A DNA stretch of 64,000 nt from Amphiscolops sp. MND2022 (Eukaryota). The notes beneath the pieces are model-generated. The model was not told where the DNA came from. It did not search any database and saw only the letters and a program-made list of their open reading frames with translations. The position numbers were made by a program, and so were the translations under genes. Shown here in pieces: positions 36,118-48,711 of this stretch. Numbering within the stretch: position 1 is the first letter of the stretch; each line of letters begins with the position of its first letter. The stretch is taken from positions 8,992,001 to 9,056,000 of the forward strand of contig OZ076409.1 of NCBI GenBank assembly GCA_964187785.1. Direction: 5' to 3'.

Positions 36118-37775
36118 TCCTTCGACGAGGATTGTTGTTGTCGTTCCATTCTTGGTTTGATTGGTTTTTTAGCTTGTTTATAGTTTTCGATCACCTTTTT
36201 CTGGGCTTCTGTGAGAGTCCATTTAGGTGGTCTATTTTCCATGTTTGCGCCAAAGTAGCAATTTTCTTCATCATGTCCCGGTGTATTGCAATTTTGGAAT
36301 TTTTCAGCATCTGGGTCTTCCTCAAGTTTACGTCGTTTGGCTAATTTGGGGCATTCAGCCATCATGTGGCCTGTCTCTTTGCAGTAACGGCATTGATCAT
36401 TTTTGAAGGTTTTATTCGGTACTGTTTTTGGTGTTTGTGTTTTGGCTTTTTCATTTTGTTTTTTGTTGGTTTTTTCAGCGTTTTGTTCTTTTTTCGTGGC
36501 CGTCATCTGGGTTTTCACCAGGGGTTCATCAGCTTCCAAACCATTTAGCTCCATCTCTCTTTCGAGATGTTTGACGATTTGGTCGTATGTTCCATTTTCA
36601 AGGTATGCTTGATTAATGGACTTTTTAAGGTGGGGAGGCATTTTAGCGTAGAGTAGGTTTTCTATCATCTGATATGCACTCTCTTGGAGTTCCTCTAAAA
36701 AATCTGGAAGTTTCTGGTGTTCTGGGTCAAATGCAAGTCTATTGAATCTGTGCTTAGCTGAGGCACTAGATTCCGGCTTGACATACTTTCTGCGAAAGAC
36801 TTTTAGGATGTCTTCCAAAGTCGTTGTTGGGGTTCGTTGGATATTTTTAAACGTTTTGAGTGCCAAACCTCTGAGATGTGCATGGAAATGGTTGATTTTC
36901 ATTTCCTCAGTTAGGTTTGGTTGCATTTTTAGGGTTGTATGGAACAAGTCTTCAAAGTATTCAAATTTCTCATTTTTCTCATTTTTTCCATTGAAAGTCA
37001 ATGTGTTTTTCGGATGAAACAGTGATGGTTGTGTGTTTTTGTTAGCTAATCGTTCAATTGCAAGTGCAATTTGATTGACTGGGTCAAGTGGTTTTGTTGT
37101 TAAATTTGGCAGATTTTGGTCTGCGTGGAATCCTGCTGTGTCATTTAGTTTTTGTGAACTTTGTCTATGGAGTTGTCGGTTGGCTCCTGTCACCATGTGA
37201 TAATCCTCACCTAGGCTCTCTGCATCAGACTCTTCGTCTGAATGTATAGTTACGTCTACATCTGATTCAGCTCGAAACAAAGGCTTTGCAGGATGTCTAA
37301 GATCTTTCATTTTAGAAGCCCTAAGAGGATAATCGTCATTTTCAGAATCAGAATTTCCAATGTTTGATGCGTGAACTCCATTAGACCTATCTATTTTGGA
37401 TCCCGACGGTTGCTGATCTCTGTTTTCGTTAATTTCTGACCTTGGATTTGTTGCCGTAGAAGCGCTTTTGTTAGACTTTATCTCTTTTAAGATTGTTTCC
37501 AGTTTGTTTTCCATCTCTTCTCTCATTTTTTCAATTCGATCATTATTCTTTTGTTCCATAATTTGGGTCCAGGCTTGAATTTCATTACTAACTACACTGG
37601 GTTCGATCAACTGGCCCTCTGAATTGTTTTCAACTAAATTTTCTTGAACAACCGTATTAGAATTAGTTAAAGTCTCATTACCTGTAATGGGTATTCCTAC
37701 TTGAGTTACTTCCACTTCTCTTTCTGGGGAAGGAGTCTCTAATCTCCTAGATCGTCTATTGCGTTTGTTTCCCAT
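36108..37775 (-). CDS. gag: gag of element A, initiating inside the 5' LTR
   Basis: MGNKRNRR start at 37775; TFNGKNE..FEYFEDLF capsid-like region; CRYCKETGHMMAEC knuckle. Confidence 0.9.
   Translation of the reverse strand: MGNKRNRRSRRLETPSPEREVEVTQVGIPITGNETLTNSNTVVQENLVENNSEGQLIEPSVVSNEIQAWTQIMEQKNNDRIEKMREEMENKLETILKEIKSNKSASTATNPRSEINENRDQQPSGSKIDRSNGVHASNIGNSDSENDDYPLRASKMKDLRHPAKPLFRAESDVDVTIHSDEESDAESLGEDYHMVTGANRQLHRQSSQKLNDTAGFHADQNLPNLTTKPLDPVNQIALAIERLANKNTQPSLFHPKNTLTFNGKNEKNEKFEYFEDLFHTTLKMQPNLTEEMKINHFHAHLRGLALKTFKNIQRTPTTTLEDILKVFRRKYVKPESSASAKHRFNRLAFDPEHQKLPDFLEELQESAYQMIENLLYAKMPPHLKKSINQAYLENGTYDQIVKHLEREMELNGLEADEPLVKTQMTATKKEQNAEKTNKKQNEKAKTQTPKTVPNKTFKNDQCRYCKETGHMMAECPKLAKRRKLEEDPDAEKFQNCNTPGHDEENCYFGANMENRPPKWTLTEAQKKVIENYKQAKKPIKPRMERQQQSSSKDLN
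36111..36117 (-). promoter_or_regulatory. -1 ribosomal frameshift slippery site T TTA AAC at the gag/pol junction
   Basis: Heptamer correctly phased just before gag TAG; the -1 frame is open into pol. Confidence 0.8.
37182..37195 (-). promoter_or_regulatory. Primer binding site of element A (TGGTGACAGGAGCC)
   Basis: Abuts the LTR end; identical in element B; resembles a tRNA-Leu-type PBS (identity inferred). Confidence 0.8.
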
Positions 37776-38721
37776 ATTGCTTTGGGTGAAAATGGTTTTT
37801 GGCTTTTGGGGAAGAATTTGAATTATCTTGTCTACTTGAAATAACAAGACACTAGAGTATCAGCAAATTACCAAAAGGTTTACAGATGTTTGAAGAAGCA
37901 ACTGCACTTGTTGACAGTTCAGGTTTGAATGAATTCTCCTTCAGTTTTTAGAATGAAATAGTTCCAAAAATACCATGACACTCATTTTTACTGCAATCAT
38001 TATTTGGAAAAGACAAAAATAGGATTACGTCAGGGTAACGTCATTCTATTTATAGCATCAGCTGAATTGCATCACGTTCTAAGTATATTTAAGGAAAGGA
38101 CTAGGGAAAACCCTGGAAATTACGTAGAATGCGATATTAAATACATTTAAGATGGTTTCCAAATAGCATTACTTCAGCTTCCAAAGCTATATAGAAGGTC
38201 CTGCTAAAACCGCATAATGACGAGTATACGTCACTACACAATCCGCAGAATACCGCATAGTGTTTCTGCAAAAAAAACGTATAGTGACGAGTATGCGTCA
38301 CTCCTCGAACTGTAGGGTGCCGCATAGTGAATCTTGACAAAAACGCATAATGACGAGTATGCGGTACTGCTCGAACCGCAGACTACCGCATAGTCGTCAG
38401 CACAAAATGGTATTTAAACTAAATTGGGCTAAATAAGAATCAATGTTACGTAACATATTGCTCATCAACACGTGTTTCCTTTACTCTAACTCGGGTTTTA
38501 TGCAATTGTTTGCTCTCAATGACATGTAAAACTAGGCCCTTTTCACATTAAATTGCACAAGTTATTTACATGACTTTCGAAAAAGAGAACAGGCAAAATG
38601 AAAACAAATAAAACAAAATGTTTATTGTGAAAGTTTCACAGTTTTCAGACGATGGTCAGACACACTGTTCGCTTCAACTACTGTTGCTCTCCGGATCCCA
38701 CGCAAGTTCTGGGTTGCGACA
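37196..38721 (-). repeat. 5' LTR of element A
   Basis: TGTCGCA...TCACA on minus strand; CTATAAATAG TATA-like box at 38046-38055. Confidence 0.96.
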
Positions 38722-40186
38722 AATTAAAACTGAAAACATTTTCACTTCTTCATCACGTTGTTTTCACGCGTAAGTTTCTCAAGTAAGGACCTAATGTAAT
38801 CACCGTTAGTCAATAGCACGCTGAATATGACGCTACTATGATGTTTATAACGTGACTGAAGATTCTTTGCACTGAAATCGTGGTAAAATTATTAAGGTCA
38901 CAGCTGCTTTCAAAATTAGAATGGAATCTTGATGAAACCTGCAAAACTTCGTGCCTCGGAATTTCCGCCAAATTTAGGATGCATTTTATAGGCAGCTTGA
39001 TAAAATTAAATTGATTAATTAAAATTTTGATGCATGGAAGTCTCCTGTAGAATTTTATAAAATCATGAAAAATTAGCTTGGTAACCTACAAGTACTTGTG
39101 AAAAGTTCAAGCAGTTTTAACCAAGGTAGTCAATCAACCTTGTCCGTGTAAATCTGAGTATTTTAGCGAGATATAGCGTCTCGACGCCGATGCTTCATAT
39201 ATGTAAACAAAGTTATAGTGTTTTACATAGAATGTCGACCAAGTGCAAGTAACTCAGTAATGTTGGCGAAAATGGTTGCTATCTTGACCTACGAGTGTTT
39301 CAAAGACATAGCTTCTAGTTTCCACCAAGTCTCTTTCCTTTTCTATTCCAAACCACTAAGCATAAAAATATCATTTAAAAAGATCTGCTTGCATTATCAG
39401 GAAAAAATTACAAAAATTAGAAATTGTATGTTTTGCCAAACTTTCCTCACATTTGCACTTTTTCCTGGTTTTCACAAAGTTGAAAATATGTTTTTTTAAA
39501 TAAAAACGTTGGGTCAATCAATAGTCTCCTGAGGATGCTGAAAAGATTTAATTGAAAAACTTTCAAAATAATCATCAAATTCTCAAGTACAATTTTCATC
39601 GATTATCTTAATACATGTACTGCAGGACTCATAGACATTAAACACAGGGTGTTTTTTTCTGATTCGAAACAACATGTCGATCAAAACAATTCAGCAGGTT
39701 CGGGATTTTATCAGGAGTCCCAAAAAAATTTCAAAAATTTTCGATTGTAATGTACTTTTTTCGAACAAATCCAGATTTCAATTAAAATTTTTAAAAATGT
39801 TGCATTTTCAAACTTCAGTATGGAACGTAAAACTTTCAAACAAACAATGTTGTACACTAGATATAATTCCAAGAAAATTTCGTGGCTGTTCAATTTTTGT
39901 TTTCTTGATAGTTTACGATATATATTATTTTGAAATTTGCTATTTTAAGCAAATGAGGATACTATTTTTTAGAACGCTAGGGTACGCATATCACAATAAC
40001 ATAGTCATCATCACACTGCGTTTTTTTCCGTAGTTCACTCCTCCAGCTAAACAATAGATGAAATCAACAAGCTAGCAGTAGGCTAGGAATGGAAAAAGGA
40101 TTTGTTTTTCATGCTCAACATGAAAACCTCAGTTTCATCTCAAACACACTGCTTTTTTAAAATTTCAATTGTTTTCATACCCGAAC

Positions 40187-40266
40187 TTTTAGTATACCCA
40201 TATTTTGTACCCGTATATAATATGAACCAAAATCTTTTGGGAAATTCGGAATTTGGAATCGTGTAA
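40187..40266 (+). repeat. 5' part of an interspersed repeat split by element B (continues 56754-56902)
   Basis: Joined halves match the uninterrupted copy at 58452-58702. Confidence 0.8.
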
Positions 40267-41903
40267 TGTCGCAGGCTGCCGCCTGTGACGGCAATTACTA
40301 CCAAATCCCTTCAGTAGACGATCTATCTAACCCCCCGCCAGGAGTATTCCCTATTTAGAAGGTTTGACAACAATGGACCGATGGTACGGACGGCCTCACT
40401 CAAATTGAGGCAAATATAGAAGAACTGCGTCCAAAACATAAAGGACCTTAGGTCGATACGGCCTCATCAAACAATTGTGTTAAAATTAATCACAAAACAC
40501 TCTACTTTATAAAATTTACCGTTGCTTAATATTATAGTTAGTTTGTGCTTGATTTACTTGTTGATTATTGTTGAAATAGTAATGTACCAAATGAATTGGA
40601 ATTAGCAATGTAAAATGATCAATTTGAATGATGTATTAGAATGCAATTGAAGCGCAGTAAGGAAACGTGTTCAAATGTACTGTTGTTGTGGCTGATTGTA
40701 CGCAACGTCGAGTGCTATATTAACCAATCAAATCGAACTAGCTATACAATTGGTGACGCCGCATGGACGTTACGTCCGATTTGGCGTAATTGCCAATCAC
40801 GCTGTCTGTGATTTTTCTAATGACATGAAGTGTTAATATTGGAAATATAAACATGTAAATAGCATATTCAGGCATAATAAAATTCCTCCATGCGTATTTA
40901 TATGACATCATAATCTCCAGCTACAACCCTTAGCTGCTTCTCTTTGATGCTATTTTTGTCCTTACAAACATGATGAAATAGTGATGTAATGTCCCTAGAA
41001 CTGTTCCAAAACCCCATCTATTGCTATTTTTAGAACCATGACCCGCATCATTCTGTGTGTAACCCCACCCAAACTATAAATAGCGGGAACATTGGAGAGC
41101 AAGGACCAAAACTTTCACAATCTTGATACAAACAAGTCGATATAATATTGTCACAATACTGAACTTTGAGTTTAAAACTCTGCTGATTCATACTTTGCTG
41201 ATTTGGATTATCTTGTTAGTTGATATTTACAATTGACTGTGAAACTCAAATCCCCTTCTCATGCCTTCCACGAGAAAGCAAAAGGCTAAAGAAGGTCGTT
41301 CTAGACAGTTAGACATGCTGTCCGATGTAGAAAATGTTGACATAATGCTTGGAAGTTACTCTAGGGAAGATGAAGAGAATAATGTTAGTGAAAATGAAGT
41401 GAATTTGGACTTAAGGTCTAGCAGACCACAACAAAGCTCAAATGTTATAGGAGAAGACTTTAGGTCCTTGCTTAATACCAACAGCAGGGAAAACAGTGAA
41501 ATCACAATTTAGACTTCTAGGTTGATAAGCGAGGAAATTTCCAATCAAATGTCTAGAAAACTCAATGAAATTAAAACTGGTTTGAATTCCCAAATTAAGG
41601 ATGCAATTACAGCTGCAATAACAAGTACAGTGCTTCCTTCCATCCAAAATACACTAGAAATGCAGGGGATACCTAATTTCACCATGGTGGACCGGGAGTC
41701 CAACGGGCCACATCCTAGCCCAAGGTCGACCGATTTCACATTAAAGGACCGAAGGTCCAGTGGGCTACAATGGAACGCCGAAGTAGGAAATTTGCAGAAA
41801 ACATGGGAAAATCGTTCTAGAACATGTTTTACACAGGAAAATAGTAGACTGAGGTCTAGAGAGAGTTCAACAAACTCTATAACTAGCGAACAAAATCGCG
41901 ACA
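40267..41903 (+). repeat. 5' LTR of element B
   Basis: TGTCGCAGG...TCGCGACA; CTATAAATAG at 41074-41083; copy at 55118-56753. Confidence 0.96.
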
Positions 41904-43027
41904 TGGTGACAGGAGCCAAACCTACCCCACATATGGTTCCCGAGTTTCTCACTGGACGTCCCATGCTATCTCGAGATCCCCTGCAACGTCAAAATTCCAA
42001 CAATGACGAGTCTCAGGATACAACTCCCCAGGTCCCTGAGACCACAACACCAACTATTCCTTCTGATCCCAATAACCGTCTTGCAGAAGTACTAGTCGGC
42101 ATGAACAACCGTCCATCAGCACAAACACTGATGGTACGCCCAGTCAGCACGAGTACACTGACTTTCGACGGCAAATCAGAGAAATTCGAACTTTTTGAAG
42201 ATCTCTTTCACACAATGATAAAAATGCAATCTGATATGACCGAAACGATAAAAATCAATCAATTTCATTCACTGTTGCAAAAAAATGCCCTGCAAACTTT
42301 CCGTAACATCAATACGGCAAACAGGCAAACATTGGAAGACATTCTAGCTGTATTTCGTCGGAAATACGTCAAACTTGAGTCCCAGGCGACTGCCAAACAC
42401 AAATGACACAGATTGGTGTTTGATCCAAACACCATGAAACTACCCGACTTCCTTGAAGAATTAAACCAAGGAGCTGAAAAAGCGTTTGGCGAGAACGCCC
42501 AGGCCATGATCGATAGTCTCCTCTATGCCAAGTTGCCGCCAAAATTGAAACGCTCCGTCAATATGGCTAGACTTGAAAACGCCATCTATGAGGAAATTGT
42601 CACCCATCTAGAACGAGAGCTTGAGCTCAATGGACTTGAGGAGGGGGACGACATTCCAGTACCAACAATGTCCACTGCCCCTACAGCAACATGACCGGGA
42701 ACTGGCCTTCTTTCCTCTGGCATTGACCCAAACATTACTTGCAACTATTGCAAGAAACCTGGACATGTCAAAGACGATTGTCGCAAACTTAAAAGAAAGG
42801 AGGAACAACGCCGCAACGACGGACAGGTTACCAAGGAAGAATATCCAAAATGTCCAACTTGCGACAGAACGAACCACCCGGCGGAAAGATGTTGGAAAGG
42901 CGCTGGAGCCCACCTCAAGCCCAAAAACCTTAAACTGGATGACACCACGGCCACCGATAAGTCCACCAGCCAAGAAGACGCGAAAAATAAACAAACCACG
43001 TCCATTTTAAAGAATCCAAAAAACTAG
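41261..43027 (+). pseudogene. gag: gag of element B, initiating inside the 5' LTR; in-frame stops
   Basis: MPSTRKQK...RDMVTGA...TFDGKSEKFELFEDLFHT...HLERELELNGLE; knuckles CNYCKKPGHVKDDC and CPTCDRTNHPAERC; stops at ~41510, 42404, 42692. Confidence 0.9.
41904..41917 (+). promoter_or_regulatory. Primer binding site of element B (TGGTGACAGGAGCC)
   Basis: Abuts the LTR end; identical to element A. Confidence 0.8.
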
Positions 43028-46000
43028 TTTGCCACGACTCCAAATACATGAAAAACTCCGTGTACGACAGTACATAATATCCGACCCTCCAAATATATAT
43101 TACACTGAGTTTCATACAGCTCTTAAAGAAACTTCATCAGCTGACTGGCAGCAGCAGATGAAAACTCCACCTAATTTTCTTACCACTTCGGACTCTATGT
43201 CCAACAGACTACAAACTGATACTACTACTATACGACTTATACCCCTCATTGATGACTATAACCCATACTATCCTGACCCCGACTATGGTTTTGACCCCTA
43301 CTGGGAGGCTAACTGCTACAATCAACATCATCTGTACTTCTACCACAATTTTGACAAACAGAACTCGAATATAGAACCAGATTCTTTTGAAACTGACCAA
43401 GCCCTAAATACAGTTCTTACCAAAGCACGAGTTGACCCATAGCAACATGGCGCACAGCTCGCCCATCAAACCACTCACTCCAAAGTCGGTGATGAATTTC
43501 ACCATGAGGGACCACATAGGTCTCCTTGGCCACAGCCGTTGCGGCACGCTATGTGAGCACCCTGGTCACCAGAACAGGGGAACCGGACTGTGTGCCGCTG
43601 ACTACCAATCTTGGCCTCAAATACAAACGACGAATGCTCTACTTTCCAATGGATTTTGGCGAACTAACACTAGATGGCCTTGTAAACACGGGAGCTCTAT
43701 CTTGCGCAATCCCTGAAGCTGATCTACGTAAAATCCAATTATTAGCCCCTCAGTCTATTATTAAAAAGGGTCCAGCTCCCAACTTCCAAATAATGGTTGC
43801 AAACGGACAGCTGGAAAATCCTAAAAGCACCGTCGAATTGAAATTTGAAGTCGGCGACATAGATTTCGATGAAATCTTTATAGTCATGGAGAAACTCACC
43901 AGTCCATTAATAGGTCTTTCCATCCTTCAAAGGAATAACACCATTTTGGACATGCGACAAGGCGCCCTAAATTTTCCTTTCTTCTCAATGCAGCTCAAAA
44001 CTGCAGATCACAAATATATAAATGTCATGGAACCCATTTGCATTAGAGAGGATGTAACCATCCCACCTAATGACCGACACTCGGTCCTCATGGCTTCACA
44101 ACTGTACGAGGATACTACAGTTACCAGGATCCTTCAACCGAGCAACACCCTTACGGATGATGGCGACATTGCTTTCTGTGCTGCTCTGGTCACATTGACC
44201 AATGGTCAAGTATCCGTTCACCTGAACAACTCTACCGACAGTCCCTATACCCTCAGAAGAGGTACACAAGTTGCTAATTTAACTGTCCTTACACCGGAAC
44301 AGATGAAATATGTCAAACCTATTGACCCGGTGACCACATGGCACCTTTTGCAGGACAATCCTGAAAACGCTGCTTACTACGCAAGCAGCTTGATCAAATC
44401 TACTAAGCCTGAGGACTTCAAGGAAAACTACTGGTTTCCAACACCAGAGGACCCTGGGGACCCTCAGCATCATACCCCGATTCAAAAACGGATTTTGTCA
44501 GAACTGATCAATCTCCAGGAATTGGAAAACTTTAATCCTCAGGACGACTCAGGACGTCAATTCCTATCCAATTTTGATTGGACAGATTCTATGCTTCAAC
44601 CTGCTGAGATAGCCCGCATAGAAGACCTACTTGTTCAATTCCATGATATATTCGCAAGACATCGTTTTGATATTGGCATGAACGAAGACTTCAAGGTCAA
44701 ATTGACCCCGAAAGATGACTCTCCGGCCTACAGTCAAAGTTTACCAACCCCAATTAACCTCAAAGAAGACATCCTTGTGGAACTAGCCTTACTACATCGC
44801 TATGGGATTATTACAACACTTCCATTCTCGACATTGCTTTCTGTGCTGCTCTGGTCACATTGACCAATGGTCAAGTATCCGTTCACCTGAACAACTCTAC
44901 CGACAGTCCCTATACCCTCAGAAGAGGTACACAAGTTGCTAATTTAACTGTCCTTACACCGGAACAGATGAAATATGTCAAACCTATTGACCCGGTGACC
45001 ACATGGCACCTTTTGCAGGACAATCCTGAAAACGCTGCTTACTACGCAAGCAGCTTGATCAAATCTACTAAGCCTGAGGACTTCAAGGAAAACTACTGGT
45101 TTCCAACACCAGAGGACCCTGGGGACCCTCAGCATCATACCCCGATTCAAAAACGGATTTTGTCAGAACTGATCAATCTCCAGGAATTGGAAAACTTTAA
45201 TCCTCAGGACGACTCAGGACGTCAATTCCTATCCAATTTTGATTGGACAGACTCTATGCTTCAACCTGCTGAGATAGCCCGCATAGAAGACCTACTTGTT
45301 CAATTCCATGATATATTCGCAAGACATCGTTTTGATATTGGCATGAACGAAGACTTCAAGGTCAAATTGACCCCGAAAGATGACTCTCCGGCCTACAGTC
45401 AAAATTTACCAACCCCAATTAACCTCAAAGAAGACATCCTTGTGGAACTAGCCTTACTACATCGCTATGGAATTATTACAACACTTCCATTCTCTAAGTA
45501 CGCAAGCGCCCCATTTTTGCACAAAAGAAACCCAATGGCAAACTGCGACTTTTAGTTGACTTGCGTAAAATAAACAACTTGATGTCGGATGATTACATCA
45601 ACAATAACCATCCAGTAAGTACGCTTACAGACTCGGCCCAACATATGGCTGGGAAAAAGCTATTCTGTAAGTTGGACTGTTCGCAAGCTTACCATTGCCT
45701 ACAAATGGCGGACCAACGGTCCATTGAAATGCTTGCTTTCAATTTTGCCAGCAGAACTTTCGTGTACAGAAGATTGGCACAGGGTCTCAGCAGAGCCCTA
45801 TCGGCCTTCTCTAGTTTCATGCGCGAATACTTGGACAAAGTCATCAAAGCAGACCAATGCACCCAATATGTTGATGATATTGGCATTGCTGCTAACGATG
45901 CTGAACAACTCATCAACAAACTGAGGGCCACATTCCAATGCATACAAAAAGCTGTTCTCAAGCTAACGATGCATAAATGCCATTTTGGCGCAACGGAAAT

Positions 46001-48525
46001 CGACTTTCTGGGACGCACCATCACTCCTGCTGGAGTGAAGCCGCAGAGACCACGGGTCCAAAATTTCCTAGAAAATACGAAATTCCCGAAATCCAAGAAA
46101 GCACTACAGCGTTACTTGGGATTTTTGAAGTATTACCGAAACTACATCCCAAGACTGTCAGAAAAACTAACGCTGTTTTCAAACTGCTCACTAAAGATGA
46201 AAAAGTCCTGGTAACACCGGACCTATTGGAAAAATTTACCGAGATAAACAAGGCTCTTGATCGATGTTGCGAACTGGCACTCAAACAACCCTTACCGAAT
46301 AAGCAAATAGCCCTTATGACCGATGCCAGCTTTTCGGCCGCAGGGTACGCAGTCCTCATCGAAAACGATCCACTCGAGAAGTACACTTCTACGAGGAAAG
46401 CTTTCGCCCCAGTAGCTTATGGTTCCAAGACCTTTAGTCCTACCCAATTGAAAATGTCCATCTATGCCAAGGAATTCTTAGCAATTTTCTTTGCCTTCAA
46501 GGAATTTGGACATATCTTTTGGGGAACCCCAAAACCGGTGATTATACTCACAGACAACAAGTCAGTCACACGATTTTTTCAAAGTAAAATTATTCCGCCG
46601 ACATTATGGAATGCTTGTGATTATGTGATCCAGTTCAACTTCACAAAAGCTCACATCCCCGGCAAAAACAACACAGCGGCTGATTACCTGTCACGCCTGG
46701 AGATCTCTCCAAAAGAGAAATTAATCCTCAGAATCAGAGAAGATATTCCTACAATACCGATCGAACTACATGTCCAATCGGCCGGAGTTTCGAAAGAGGA
46801 ACAAACCTTCTACACAGAGGATGATGACGAGACAGAAGAACAAATTTTACAGCGTAAAAAAGACGCTAGGGACCATCCATCAAATCAATTACCTGATATT
46901 TCATTCGAAAAATTTACTACACACAAAAGTGACTATCACAAACTCTCCACGCTTCAAAAACTATCCTGCACGGACTCTATAGCAGTAGAGCAAAGCAACG
47001 ACGTCATTTTGCAACAATTGCGCCTAAAAATACTAAAAGAAAGCTATTCTGAGACCATCCTCCTGCAAGATACTCGTTACCAACATTACTGTCGCCCAAT
47101 GGACCGACTGTCCGTTATGGATGAAATTATTATTAGACAGTATTTTGATGAAACAGGAGCTGTCAAATACAATCAAGTGCTTTTACCTAAACATCTGGTA
47201 CATGAACTACTTGAATCCCTACACGGCAAAACTAATAAACACCCTGGAATATCCAAGATGCTCGTCGAAATTCGCCAAAAATATTACTACCCTGGCATTG
47301 CAAAAATTGTTAAAAAATGGGTTCAAGGATGCGAAATTTGCATTGAAGATAAAAGAGACCCAAACTCATCCATAACTCCCGAATTGCTTAACTTGCCTGA
47401 ATGGGACTTAGGTCCGGAAGATGCAATGCAAATTGATTTGTTATCGAACCTGCCCCCCAGCGGAGGTTCTGAAAACATCATAACTGCAATGGATGTGTTT
47501 TCAAGATATCTTTTTGCATATCCAGTTACTGACGCTTCGGCCACAAATACGGCAAAGGTTATTATAGACATAATGACCAAACATACCTATTTGCCTACTA
47601 CCTTGATCACGGATAAAGGGACGGCTTTTACGTCCAGACTGGTCGCCGTAGTAGCTCAAATTCTCGGAATTCACATAAAATGCCCAACTACCAAACACCC
47701 GCAAACAATTGACAAATTAGAACGTACCCATGCTGGTCTCAAAACAAACCTCAAGATGGCCTCAGGGGACTACAGGCGACAGTGGCACAAATATTTGCCT
47801 TTAGCCGTATTAAATTATAATACGACCTATCACGCTACCCTAGGTTGTGAACCATCTAGAAGATTTCACGGACGAATTCCGTATAATATATTGGATCACA
47901 AATTGGGCCTTAATCCAAACCCGAAAGTCCTACCAACTACAGACTTTGCAGATGAATTTCAGCGCCGGACGCAAATTTTGCTTGATTCAACAAAGAAAAA
48001 CATTATGCAATCCTATTTGAAGTACAAAGAATATTACGACCGGACGATGAAATTATTATTCCGCAAGATGACCTTTATGTCATCACTTGGGATACCAATT
48101 TTGGTGAATTTCCCAATTCCACTGAAGAAACCGCAATTCCTACATGTCGAGAAGCGCTAGACACTTCTAATGATTACGCAAACAATACCAGAGCGCCGGA
48201 CGAAATTTTCACCGACGTGGACGTTACGTCCCCCGGGCCTCAAGAAAATGACGCCAGAGCGCCAGACGAAATTTTCACCGACGTGGACCTTAGGTCCAAC
48301 GGGCCACACGAAAATGATGAATTCGCTCCGCTTGAAAAAACACGTTCAGAACGCATAAATGATGGGATTGACGATCAACAATCGTCAGGAGGGAGTGATA
48401 CTATCGTGCCCGAAATATTAGATGATGAAGACGATATGATTGTAAAAAACGAAAGCCCCAGAGGAGGGAAATATAACCTACGACCTAACCCCACCCCCAA
48501 CTTTACCGACGAATACATATATTAG
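43018..48525 (+). pseudogene. pol: pol of element B, with frameshifts, an internal duplication and an integrase C-terminal deletion
   Basis: A AAA AAC slippery site at 43018-43024; LVNTGA (catalytic D>N); QYVDDI; MTDAS; HPGISKM..CEIC; ITDKGTAF; shares terminal KYNLRPNP with A. Confidence 0.93.
44164..45494 (+). repeat. 665-bp tandem duplication in element B pol
   Basis: CGACATTGCTTTCTGTGCTG at 44164 and 44829; at least 3 substitutions between copies. Confidence 0.95.
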
Positions 48526-48711
48526 CCAGAATTGTAAATTAACTGTCCCGAATAAACAATTGCAGAATAATATCTTTGCGGGACTTGACTGAATAAAAGA
48601 CAAAGAATACAGTAAAAAACAGAACACTAAATAGAATCCCAAAGTGTCTATACGAAAAGTTTTAGAAGCACTGTACAACAAACTAAAATGACAATTGTAC
48701 ATATGGTACAA

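Larger units (their letters stand above)
22081..38721 (-). mobile_element. Ty3/Gypsy LTR retrotransposon A, full length (16.6 kb), with accessory genes
   Basis: 1526-bp LTRs with TG...CA ends; TSD AATTA (22076-22080, 38722-38726); gag then PR-RT-RH-IN order. Confidence 0.97.

Noticed and set aside
38722..40186. Short ORFs between the two Gypsy elements
   Set aside because: AT-rich, no motifs, no convincing coding signal
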